Assembly (NCBI GenBank): GCA_000320545.1 | Contig: ADNK01001569.1 | Span: 6,376-70,375, forward strand | Reading direction: 5' to 3' | Source: Bigelowiella natans CCMP2755 | Lineage: Eukaryota > Protista > Cercozoa | DNA length: 64,000 bases | Part shown: positions 53,001 through 64,000 of the stretch, one piece after another | Numbering within the stretch: the first letter of the stretch is position 1 | Layout: the number at the start of each line of letters is the position of its first letter | Position numbers and translations under genes: made by a program | The notes under the pieces: generated by a model | Database searches by the model: none | What the model saw: the letters and a program-made list of their open reading frames with translations, nothing else | Told to the model about the DNA's origin: nothing

Positions 53001-55958
53001 CAGAATATCAAGGAACAAAACATGAAAACTTCAGCGGGAACCCAATCAACATATTCAGGGGGGGAAAGAAAGCATCGGTCTTCAAATACAGTTTAATATT
53101 GTCCTATTTGGCTTATAAATTTATATACTATTAGGCTTGCTTCACTATCAAGCTCCTTTCCCACTTACGATGTGAGAGCGCTCCGATTTCTCAACTAGTT
53201 TTGTTGTTTATCACAGCATTATTTGACTCAGGATTTCAAAACTAAATCTTCAAGTTCCCGATACTGGGAACTCCCACCTCTAGCTGAAGTATCAAATTAT
53301 GTTTCATTAAGAATAGTATGTAAACAGCTACCAAGACTATCAGATAGTTTGAATCCATTTCTTATGCATATCAGGGACTTTGGGTTATGGCCCATACTGG
53401 GTTGTCGAGGGCTCATTTGGTTTTTATCAACTGTAGATATTCCTAATATGAATTTTAAAACATCTCTGGTGTGTATATAAGATTTGTGAACAAGTGGATA
53501 AGGCAAAAGAAAATATTATAGCCGCTTTGGAGGCGCTCGACCTAGGTTTGTTGTCCACATCGCCTTGTTTTTCTAAATCTAATGCCAGCAACGAGGGTTC
53601 ATAATATTTTTCATGGTTGTAAAAGGCTGGATTCGGGACCCAAAGGACGTGTTTTGGAAAAGTGAAGGTTGAAGTTATTAATTGCAAAGTCAATATAATT
53701 AGAAAAAATTTTTTTGGATGAATTACAGGTCGTCCTCTTGCTCTAGCAGACCTCAGGTTGTACGATAGCAGCATTTTCTGAGGGAGTTTGATTATTTCTT
53801 TACATGTCCATAAAAAGAGAAAATTTGGGCATCATTCAAAGACGATTGGGAAACAATAGAGCTGCAAAGAATGCTTTGGTTGATAATTTAATTTTGGACT
53901 AAATGTACAACTTACATTGAGAATAGTAACAACCAAATAGGTTTCATCACTTTGCACTCGTTATGCTCGGGGTGGTGGTATAGCAAATTTTACCATAAAT
54001 TATGCAGATGTGGTATGATCGTGTTTTAACCTTTCTTACAGGCACGGGAGAGATATGGAAGGATGTGTCCGAGAAGCTTAGCCCTTTGATTCCAGATTAC
54101 CAAACGAAAGACTTCAAGAAAGGGATGTTACCTGGAATATCTTGGGTAAGTGGATTCAACTTCCGTAGTTTTGCATTACTACGAAAGCAGCAACACCATA
54201 CATCTTCAAACAGTATTCTGCATGTATTACTTATGTTAGTGTTAACTTAGAATAAATCTGATTAAAATGATAACACAACGAATCGGTTTGATAGGTACGT
54301 GCTGGGCTGGGGAGAACATGCAACAATCTAGGTGTTGCCCTTGCAAAGGTTGAATCAAATAGTAATAGCAGACTGAGTCTATAATCTAATTTTGGACATT
54401 ATTTTCTAGTCTATAATCTAAGTTTGGTCATTATTTTGTTCACGATCAACTTCAGTTAAACCGACCAATGGCAGCTGGTCATGCCTTTGAAGCCGCATAT
54501 GGGATCATGGTAACAATGAAAAGTTACACCTATACTTTGATCACGTGCTGCACTTTCGTAGGCACTTATACACGGTGCAGGAAGCCCGGAGGTCAGCAAT
54601 GTCATTGCGGTCATGCCACAGGATACTCTTTTTCACGTATGTATATTTCAGGTTGCAACAGTACTTTTAAATTGGGCTGTAGTGTTGGAAAAAAGGGTAG
54701 TAAACTTAAATCTGTCATAAAAATCCTATGCTAATATCTTATTTCTAGGGCGCATTGCGCGGCAGCATTGAAGGAGTTCTGACCTCCCTCACAGCACGGA
54801 GGTAACTATTAAATGATACATATTAATTTTAAGGTAAATATAGTTTGAATTAACATGTCTCTGTTTTTCAGACGTTTGTACGGAGACCGCAGCATCCTGG
54901 TCTCAGAAGCCAAGAATAATTTAGGTAAGATGTAATATATACATCTATTACAAATTTACATATATTTATACTTTATACCTTCATGCATGCTGATGTAGTG
55001 AATATATCTTTATATCAAATTTAAAGGAATTAATCTTTGGAAACTCGGTGCTGGGGATACAGGTAAATAGATATAGGCATCATCATTTCTTACGCGTAAG
55101 TACGTTGAGTTTTATGAACTACTGGAACTTTATGGTCACAGTTAGATTATACGTACAACGAGAAGAGACACGTTATTTTGTAGTTTACACAAGTATCCAA
55201 TTTTTCTTTAGGTTTAAAAGCAGCCGAAAAAGAGTTGGTTGATGCATTATTTGTGAAGACGCAGGTTAAAATCGTGTATGTGTAATGATAGTGTCACTTA
55301 TATGGATTTAAAAATATTTAGTCTCATGACGAAAATTTACCCTCGATCCTGATCGCAAATTCAAGTACCAATTTGGGTCTGGTTAGAACGAGTCTCGGTA
55401 TTGTATGAATAATCTAATGTTATATAGTGGTCAATTAAACTGAGGCGTCTGTCCAGGTAAATATGAGGAAGCAGTAGCAAATTTCGAGAAGGTTATTTCA
55501 GAAGATGCAGATTTTAGTTCATTTACTCACCGGTTCCACACGAATTTACGACTTAAGGCCTCGGGACATTACAAACTACTGTTGGGAAATGAGTCAACCG
55601 AAATTGGAGACGTATGGACTTGTTCAAACTCTCTGCGAAATTTCATATTTTGCTCTTGCTTTGGGTATTAAGTAAATAAACCATTTTTCACAGGTGGAGC
55701 AGAATCTCGGTCACACCAAATTTGAGATGGCTAAATACAATGATGCAGATGTACATCTAAGAGAGGCTTTGAGAATTCGTCAAAAGGTCATTTGATCTGA
55801 ATCATATTCGAATGTCATTAACCTTTGTAGATCCTGTGCATGTGTGGTGATCATTTTTACTTTGTGTTTAGACCGGAAACTGCCAGAAAATAAGGGCATC
55901 TGAAGATGCCTTACGTGCCAATACAAATCTAATGGGATCCGGTTGCAACTTAATGTAA
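47502..55958 (+). CDS. Large, highly fragmented gene with C-terminal kinesin-light-chain-like TPR repeats; could be more than one gene
   Basis: Dozens of short AG/GT-bounded open exons. TPR exons: ENLGIIQRRLGNNRAAKNAL, GRTCNNLGVALAK, RLYGDRSILVSEAKNNLG, TNLGLVRTSLGKYEEAVANFEK, VEQNLGHTKFEMAKYNDADVHLREALRIRQK. Stop TAA at 55956-55958. I do not recognise the N-terminal two-thirds. Confidence 0.65.
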
Positions 55959-56099
55959 TGTGGTTGTGCAAATTTGCATGCACCTTGATGCACAGATCTG
56001 CATTTTGACATCATCGGATGTGTATCGATTGCTTCATCCAGCGAATAGCACATTGACAACCATAGTTAATCCTCACTTTAGCACTTCCTCTGTAATTGT

Positions 56100-56680
56100 T
56101 AGAGCCACAGCTAGATAGCGCTAAACTTACCCGCATCATGCTAGCATGCTCTGCATCGTCCATTTGTCATCACGATGAAATCGCATTTGCTTGAGGGCAC
56201 ATCTAGACATGGCTCTCTCTCTTTCTCTCTCTCTCTCTCTAGCTCTGGCTCTAGAGTTCTGCGACATCCAAACCCTGATCACCGTCATGTTGTGGTGCAT
56301 GCCATCTAGCCATGCTAGCATGCTAGCTTGCAGTGATCAATGTAGTTGGTCGGAGCTCTACCTAGCTAGCTAGAGTAGCACCACTCTAGCTAGCTAGCTA
56401 GCTAGCTATCAATCTGCAATACACGCGCATCATTTGCAATAAGCTAGTAAGCATGCTAGCATGCTAGCATGTTCGATGTTGCATGTCTAGCGCAATCTAG
56501 CAATGGTCTCCAGCAATGGACTAAATGGAGCTAGCAAATTATGCATCTTCCACCTGTTGCTTTTAGTACTGTGTGCAAAGTATGAAGGGTGTAAACCTTC
56601 CTTTCTAGATAGCTAGTGCATGTTCTGTGTCAGCTGTTCTTTCTCAATTAGTTTCTCTGATGAATAAAGACAATATGAGT
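56100..56680. repeat. Palindromic-word tract between convergent TPR and helicase gene ends
   Basis: (TAGC)5 at about 56387-56406; gcatgctagcatgc 14-bp palindrome at 56451-56464; recurring GCATGCTA unit. Confidence 0.8.
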
Positions 56681-56727
56681 GATAATAGGCAGCTAGGTTA
56701 CAATTATACGTCATAGGAGAAAAGTAA

Positions 56728-58937
56728 TTAACCTAGCTCAGGTAGGGTTGCATTTGAGATATGAAGACGCCTAAGCTCAATGTTGAAATGTTGTGCAATT
56801 TCATTCAGTCGTTCCTCGTCTCTCCTATATATTGGAATATTCGTGTTTTTATCCTTTCGAGCATGCATGTCATGATTCTAAGTAGCTGTGGTAAGAAATG
56901 CTGTATGCGAATAACCGAAAATAGCAAAAATTCTATCTTATTTATTAGGTTGATTGGGAATGTAGTTGTATGGATGACGGCGTTACATATCGTTCATTTT
57001 ATACTGACAATATGCTTGCGTGAGTACTGTTAAAAAACAATAACGCATTGTTGGTGGTACCGTCCGTAAAGGAAGTTAATAGCGATGCCCTGCCTTTTAA
57101 ACCGGCCACTAATCAATTACCATAAGCAACACACCGATTATCATGTTGTCATGATCATCATCGTGTAGTAACATTGCCTCTACTTTCTGAACATTATTTC
57201 TCACTATTACCTTCGTCCCACACGGTGTAAGTATTCATCAGCTGCAGCTTTTCTATTATCGCCAAGCACAACAGGAATCTCGTAATTGACCACAAAATTC
57301 GTCGTCACAACATCAACTCCACGCGCAAGCACATCCGTTGTAATCAAAACGGTCGTCTCTTTGTCGCAGAATTGCTGGAATCGCCTGATTTTTGATGACG
57401 TCAGATAATGTATCAGTTTATCACCCTTCCTACTACCTATCTCGTTCCTCAGGTCCGAGAGGGCCATATAGCTCAGTCACCTTACATCATATCATTCCGC
57501 GTGGAAACAGCAATTGTTATCACACAAAAATATTAACTTCTCTGTCATCTAATCATCGGTCATAAGTCAAATAACTAATATCATCCATTAGTCAGTGGTA
57601 CATCGTGGCCGTCGTCTTTTAGACGATATGCTAAGTTGTCGGCAGATTTGATGGAATTGACGAATATGATTGTCTGCCCGATATCGAACATCCCGAATAG
57701 CAAGTCTAAACAAAACGACGACCGACGAGGAAAGAAAGGCCAGGGAATCGTCGCACATCAACTAACAATAATAAAAAGGTAAAGAGATCTATGAATGGCC
57801 AAAGAGGGTAGAGTGACGTAAAACACGTATGTAACGACAAGGTGGGATAGATTAATTGTTATAAACAAAGTGAGTTTATTCAGGATAAATCCTGAAGAAA
57901 ATATTTGGGTTTTGGTATTCATTCATTCATAAACGCATATATTCATGAACCAAGAGCTTTGTATCGATCAAAACCGCCGTCGTGGGTGACGAAAAAGTGC
58001 TTGATATTCGGCATAACTAGATGTGATTCCCGAAGAACTGTTTCCTGGAAGTATCTTTAGAAGAAGAAATAGAAGAAGAAGAAGAAGAAGAAGAAGAAGA
58101 AGAAGAAAAGGTCAATGCATTCGACACACCAACACTTAATTCATTCGATATACTACAACTCATGGTCACCAATAGAAAATATCAGAAACAAAACGCAATA
58201 ATTATGGTAGTAGCAAAACACATAGATGATAACAAATACAATACAACCCTTAATGTCATCAAATCTCAGTAGTATCAAAGAATAGCAGCTCTATAATTAC
58301 GTCTCTTCTGCTTCTAAAATTATTGATTACTGACATAAATACTATAATACCCTTCCGTAAGATGTTGGGTCAAGTTCTTTCGAAGCATCTTTGGTAGAGT
58401 CGCAAGAAACATCACCAGCTACAATCCATGTTGTTGAAAATACACCGCAGCAGCACTCATCAGCACATTAGAGGGTGATGCCACATATAGCGATAACTGT
58501 GTTGATTGTGGTGATTGAATCATACGGTACTTGCGGAGGGGGATTTTGTTTCTGGTCATATCCTTGATAAATCGAAGTTCTTGTGTAGTGCATCAATTCA
58601 AGAGTCTGCAAACATAGACAATATTTTAACACATCATCATATTCAGTAATGCATAGATAACATCCTCATAAAATGAGAATAAAAGGAAATGGAAGATACC
58701 TGGGTACGTTGATTAAATTCTTGCGACACGGAGCAATCAAGAAGCTTATCAGCCTCATCAATGACGTGTACTCTCAGCTTGGAGATATCGATTTTTTTCT
58801 TCTCAATGCATATATCTCGCGTTTTTCCGTTTGTTCCGACAGCAATATGGCAGTGAGACAATAAGCAGCTGCTCATGGGTACTAGCAAGCTCGCTTTCAT
58901 TTGAGGAGTAATGAATCTCCCCAAACGAAGTACCTTC

Positions 58938-58974
<37 letters not shown>

Positions 58975-59792
58975 TAGTGACAGATGAGCTCATACCTTCT
59001 TTAATATGTACGAAGTAATGTGGGGAGGGGCACACACACACAACCAAGTACCTACCTACCTTTTGGTGTATCTGCGTAGCTAATTCTCGAACAGGCACCG
59101 TGCATAGAGCTTGGCAATAGTTCTTGCTCGTGTCCACAGAGTTTATTAGAGCTATGCATAACATCGTTGTCTTTCCTGACCAATCAATAATAATATATCC
59201 CAGAACTTATCATTCGATCACTTAGAAAAGGAGGGGGGGAGGATAGTAGTCAATCAACATTTCTCGTTGATATGCATTATTCTCATAATCGTCGTCCAGT
59301 ATTGGGTTGTTAGTAGTATTACTATTACCGGTTCCGCTTGGAGCTTGGCATATGCCATCTTTCTTCCATTCAAGAATAGAAGGAAGGCATCGTGCCTGTA
59401 CAGTATAAGATAGTCAACAAAACTGACTAACAACACATTGTTTTCCTCTCTCCTGCTACTCTTCCACGTCCTCCTCCTCTATCCTTATTGTTATCGGCAC
59501 CCCCATTATCTCAACAAAATCAAAAGAATAGAGCTTACTTGAACCAATGAACAGGACGTTATGCGATCTTCCATCAAAGCTCTCTTTACTACACACGATG
59601 ATGGATGATGGGGGTGGTGGTGAAGATGATGAGAATGGATAGTCAATTGTATGTTGCAGCGATTTGTACTGCCTGTGACGGTCAACAGGTTTTTCAACTC
59701 CATCATACCGCAGGCAATATGAGAGATTGTATCAATATTGTCATGATGATCATTATTGGATACGTTGTTGTCGTCCTTATCGTAAGAGCAAT

Positions 59793-59825
<33 letters not shown>

Positions 59826-61287
59826 ATGCACACCTTCCTTACGCAGACCATTAAGTTGTGTGAAGAAAACATCGCTTTTGTAGACTTGGTCAATGTCTAT
59901 TTGCACGTCATCATCTCCTCGTTTCAGTTGATTAACGTTATCCCCTACACTTCTCGTCTTCTTCTGGTAGTTTCCAGTCTTTATTTCATTCAGTCTTTCG
60001 CTACTAGAATAGCTCCAAGACTTTGCCTCGTTTTGGTTTCGATGAGCGTGTTGTTTTCCATTATTGCGACGTTCGTGATGATGATGCTGGTTTTGATGGT
60101 AATAATGGTGATTCTGGAAGCCACCACTCCCCCATCTGCGTCGTCCTTTATCATGTTTTATATTGTCATTATTCTGGAAGTAAGGATTGTTTGAATTGCG
60201 ATGATTCTCATTGGATGGGGTCTTTCCAACTTGCTGCTGCTTCTGCAGTTGATGATGATAATGCTGATGATGATGACTGCGACTATGATTGTGCTGATAA
60301 GGTCCCATCTTATGATGTGTACGATGTTCATTTTCCACGCTAAATTGATCGTTTCCTCTTCCCCCCCCTTGCTTTCCAGTAGTGCGAATATCACTGAAGT
60401 AATTTGCAGCCCCTCCATAGCCTACATTGCCGCTCTTATTACTTTGTTCGCTGCTATCATGAATTTTGCCTTTAGAACTTTGTTCGTTATAGTTTGAGCA
60501 TCTTCTATTATTTTGTCTGCTACTACTAACCCTACTACCATTTTTGACATATTCTTCACCACTACCGCCACTATCGCCAGCAGCAGCACCAAAAGTATTA
60601 TTTCTTCTTCTTCTGATATCAAGTGAAACTCGACGAAGTCTTTCGGGGTTCACATACTCCCTTGCACTATCATGCTCAGATGGGTGACCAAGCAAAGGAA
60701 GAGGAGGAGAAGGAGCAGGATGGGAAGGATCGGGAAAGTGATCTTGTTTTTCCTTTTCAGAGATGGCAGTTGCACGAACGCCGTGGATGAGTTGTTCTTT
60801 TTCTTCTGCATCATCATCTTCTTCTTGCTTGCCGTCTTCATCATCGGAACTAATACTTCGTATGTCATAGCAATGAGATTCTTCGTCGTAGTTTTCCCAT
60901 TTGACCCGATACTTTAAGTTTCCGTCAAACTTAAACAAATATGCATTTAACAAGTATTAGTCCGCGTTTTTGCAACAATGTAAAGTTTAATGTCCACATG
61001 AAAAAGGCTTACTAGCAAAGATTTGTGATTTTTCTTGTCAATAACCTCCTGCAAGACAGCTACAATTGTTGCCTGGTAATATTGTCCATCTAGGTACTTG
61101 GCCTTAGGGTCATTTGTAATTGTTTTATGAAATGGATCGATAAGACGGCAAATTACCACGTGGTAATAATCTATAAAAGAAAAAGAAGCTATTCTGGTCG
61201 TAGAATTGCCTTCTCAGCAGCATGTTTATAGAAATGTATTTGGGCTACCTTACACTTCTTGCCACGAAGGTTTTCGATGGAACTCAT
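56728..61287 (-). CDS. DBP5: Dbp5/DDX19-family DEAD-box RNA helicase with N-terminal Tudor domain and long low-complexity region
   Basis: Start MSSIENLRGKKCK|AKYLDGQYYQATIVAV..KYRVKWENYDEE (Tudor). N/H/Q/G/R-rich exon at 59850-60930. Helicase motifs: QAPSGTGKT, PVRELA, GTNGK, VIDEADKLL, FLAT, IGQTIIFVNS, TDVLARGVDV, YLHRVGRxGRFKRQGIAINF, LNEIAQHFN. Confidence 0.88.
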
Positions 61288-61905
61288 GGGTGGGGAAAGG
61301 AGCACGTGAGTGCTTTGTGCACTAGTACTACTACAGGAACTACCAAACAGTGTAATTCATTATAGCGACAACAACAAAAACATGACGCAGTTATCAAAAC
61401 GTCGAGTCGATGTAATGATAGTCACTTGTTCGTAAGTGGGTCACATCCCTTGTAGTCGCATGCATTGTGATTATTGAAGTGGATGTTGTCTCATAACGGA
61501 CATTGCGAAAGTTATCAGAAATTTGGGGAACAATTAGAGACATAAATAATCTTCGGACGCACTCGGACACGTCGGACACTTTCATAAGACCCTAGGATTT
61601 TGAGTCGCATCCTTGGCTGCCAAGATGATAGGTTGTACGAGCATGTTTTCTCAACAACAACAACAACAACAACAACAACAACGACGACGACAACAACAAC
61701 AACAACAATTCCCAGAACTCCCTCCCCCTCCCCGTAGCCCAAAGTCTCCACGGCTCGTATCCATCCACGACTTGTGCGAGTTGGGGAGTTACTGATCAGA
61801 ACACAAATTAACTGCCGGCCATAACCAAGAACATATTTATTACCTGTCAAACCATATGTTCAAACTGCATACTACCATTCACTCATCATCGTAGTTTCTA
61901 AAAGC

Positions 61906-63948
61906 ATGTCAAACAAAGGAGGAGGAGTAGTGCGACAGGAATGTCGCTCATCGTCAACGCCAAATTCGACGTCGTTGTTGAAGCGGCGATCGTTTTCAGG
62001 TGAAGAAGGCAAAGGAGACGGAGACGAAGATCGACCAGCATTGATTGCAAAAATTGGTCGAAAGTTAAGGAACATCGGAGAGTTGTTGCCACGGGGATGC
62101 TCTTCTCACAACACCGAGTCCGCCATTGTAACTTTGACCAAGATAAAGGATGAGCTTACAAGCCTTTATCATGTCAGTGTGGTTATTATTTTCTCATTGC
62201 ATTAGTCTCCATCATCTTAGATTCAAATTTGGTGATATGAGCAGCAAGTTCGTGACGAATGCGTCTCTTCCTCGGGCGGTGTGCAAAGAAATAGTAACAA
62301 AAGACAACGGATACTTGGCTCTGGCCAAGCAGTAAATGCAACAAGCACGTAATAATGCGGAATATGACATGGAGGAAGTAAAAAAGAGTTAGTCACACAT
62401 TATTATTATTAGTGGAACCCTCTTTGCTTTCTTCAGGATGAAAAGGATGAATGAGGACACTAGTCTTGCAACAATGCTTCTTTCCGTTACGTTGTTCGAC
62501 CTTGCGAGTAAGTAACTTTCTATCTTCGAACAATAACGAAGTATACAAGCTGTGTCTCTCCCCGTTTGTCTTTAGGTCGGATTGAAGAGGAAGAACAAGG
62601 GACGGAAGATCATACCCAGAAGAGGAAAAAGAAGAAAGACAAGCAAGAAAAAAATACTAGCGCCGATACTCCCTACTACCATTACTACACAGAGTCAAAG
62701 AATTTGTGGGAATTTCAATGCGAGTCCTTATTGTATCTCGGGCGCTTTCATCTAAGAAACTCCAGGCCTGGGCAATGTGAAGCAAACCTCAAGGAGGCGG
62801 TAAGGAGAGCTGTACGAATCATACCTTTACTGGAACAACATGCTCTCAATTGTACCTCCTCGTCCCCCTCTGGAACGATGGGTATTGCGTGCGAGTTGAA
62901 AGGAAAGAGTGTGGCAAAGCAGAAGAATGGTGTGTTGGAAGAACGTTATCGTGACTACATCCATCTACTCCAAAGACAGCTCAATGCTGGGGCGGCGGTA
63001 TGTTTTCTCTTTTTCATGATGATAACGATGGTTACTTGGTGTTGATGGTGGGAAATGATGTTACACAAAATGGTCTCTGGAGATTGATATCCTAGTCTGT
63101 GTTACATTCTTTAGGCACAACATGAGCTTGCAATGTTTTTACTTCATCGTGGAGACGTCGCCTCCGCTGATAGATATCTACGGACAATGGTAATGATCAA
63201 ACATACAACATAATAAACAAATACGTGCTCCTCATCGTTATGGCCTATTGCTGCTGCTGCTGCTGCTTTGTTGTCTGTCGCAGCAGTGTGTAGTCCATTG
63301 CTCAACCCATCAGTTTTGTCACGACCGATAATCATAAATATGGGTGTGTGAATCAATTATATAAGGGGTTTCGATGGAGGCTGAACTCTAGAGCATTTAG
63401 TGAGCGTACACTAGCAACATCGTCACTTTCCAGAGGTTGTTCCAAGCTTACTCAATCGGGTCTGGAGGAAGAAGGGGAAACGAACAAGGATGCATCTTCT
63501 TCTTCTTTTTCTGTAACATCTGTAGCACCAGCAGCAATGTGGCCAGATACTCTATTCTCGGTCTTCGATAGTGCTCTTCCAAATACAGCTGTGCGAATGT
63601 TAAGAGATTATATCTTCAATCCATCAGCACATTATTGGGAGTATCACCTCTACAATTCTCCCCTTTCCACTGGTTACTTTTCGTACTGGTATCCGTTTAA
63701 TCAACAACAACATCAGCAGCAGCAACAACAACAACAAGAGGAACATCAGCGACTAGCACCATCATCATCATTATCACCATCACCATCGCTATCGTTGGTA
63801 GAGCTAATCATCCGTGACTATATCTGGCCGCTCGCACGCAAGGCATGCCCTGTAGCTGGAAGAGCGGTTGGAGCAGAATGGTGGGCACATTCTCGAGGTC
63901 CTCTATCAGGACATCAGGTTGTATGAGGGGGGTGTAGTAAGTGTGAGT

Positions 63949-63994
<46 letters not shown>

Positions 63995-64000
63995 AAGAGT
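61906..64000 (+). CDS. TPR-like + putative 2OG-Fe(II) oxygenase protein, truncated at window end
   Basis: Helical segments LLYLGRFHLRNSRPGQCEANLKEA and AQHELAMFLLHRGDVASADRYL. Exon 63360-63917 has VFDSALP..YFSYWYP..VGAEWWAHSRGPLSGHQ followed by a GT donor. From memory this resembles the algal oxygenase motif EWWAHxR...GHQLHFD; the HxD itself would lie beyond the window. Confidence 0.6.

Noticed and set aside
53427-53774. Minus-strand 115-aa ORF inside the TPR gene (possible nested gene)
   Set aside because: No recognisable motif. It overlaps plus-strand exons with good splice sites and is most likely an antisense shadow.
9040-56680. Palindromic tracts as MITEs or other transposon remnants
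   Set aside because: I saw no shared terminal inverted repeats, target-site duplications or alignable bodies between tracts, and no transposase or RT ORF in the window. A genome-wide repeat search is still needed to exclude this fully.
59727-60917. Overlapping plus-strand ORFs opposite the helicase low-complexity exon
   Set aside because: These are hydrophobic poly-I/M/L shadows of the N/H/Q-rich minus-strand exon, with no independent support.
1-64000. tRNA/rRNA/snoRNA genes
   Set aside because: The GTTCGA-like words I checked (about 21450, 32078, 50035) fall in or beside coding exons without cloverleaf context. I saw no rRNA-like sequence. A tRNAscan or Infernal run would be decisive.
1-64000. 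Non-standard genetic code
   Set aside because: TAA, TAG and TGA each terminate confidently called genes, and conserved exons contain no in-frame stops.

Overview
Nuclear DNA of an intron-rich eukaryote that uses the standard code and GT-AG introns. A putative bipartite signal-plus-transit leader suggests an alga with a complex plastid (chlorarachniophyte-like), but this is inference only. I spliced about 15 multi-exon genes by eye, so coordinates are gene spans and some ends are approximate. In order: class C (GABA-B-like) GPCR (-), orphan 2-TM protein (+), AMT1 ammonium transporter (-), PH-3xcNMP-RGS protein (+), UsgS/EI24-like membrane protein (-), SAM methyltransferase (+), STI1-thioredoxin-PUL fusion (-), TH1-like/WW/STE20 kinase (+), TLC-domain protein (-), PTPMT1-like phosphatase (+), mitochondrial citrate carrier (-), DUF924 protein (+), large TPR protein (+), Tudor-IDR-Dbp5-like DEAD-box helicase (-), and a truncated TPR-like/2OG-Fe(II) oxygenase-like gene (+). 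Gene orientation alternates almost strictly. Every 3'-end intergenic region carries a tract rich in self-complementary CTAG/AGCT/CATG/TGCA words, and the divergent promoter regions do not. I found no rRNA, tRNA, CRISPR array or transposase. The best candidates for new biology are the 3'-flank palindromic tracts, the PH-cNMP-RGS protein near AMT and a class C GPCR, the STI1-Trx-PUL fusion, and the Tudor-Dbp5 fusion with an altered motif III.
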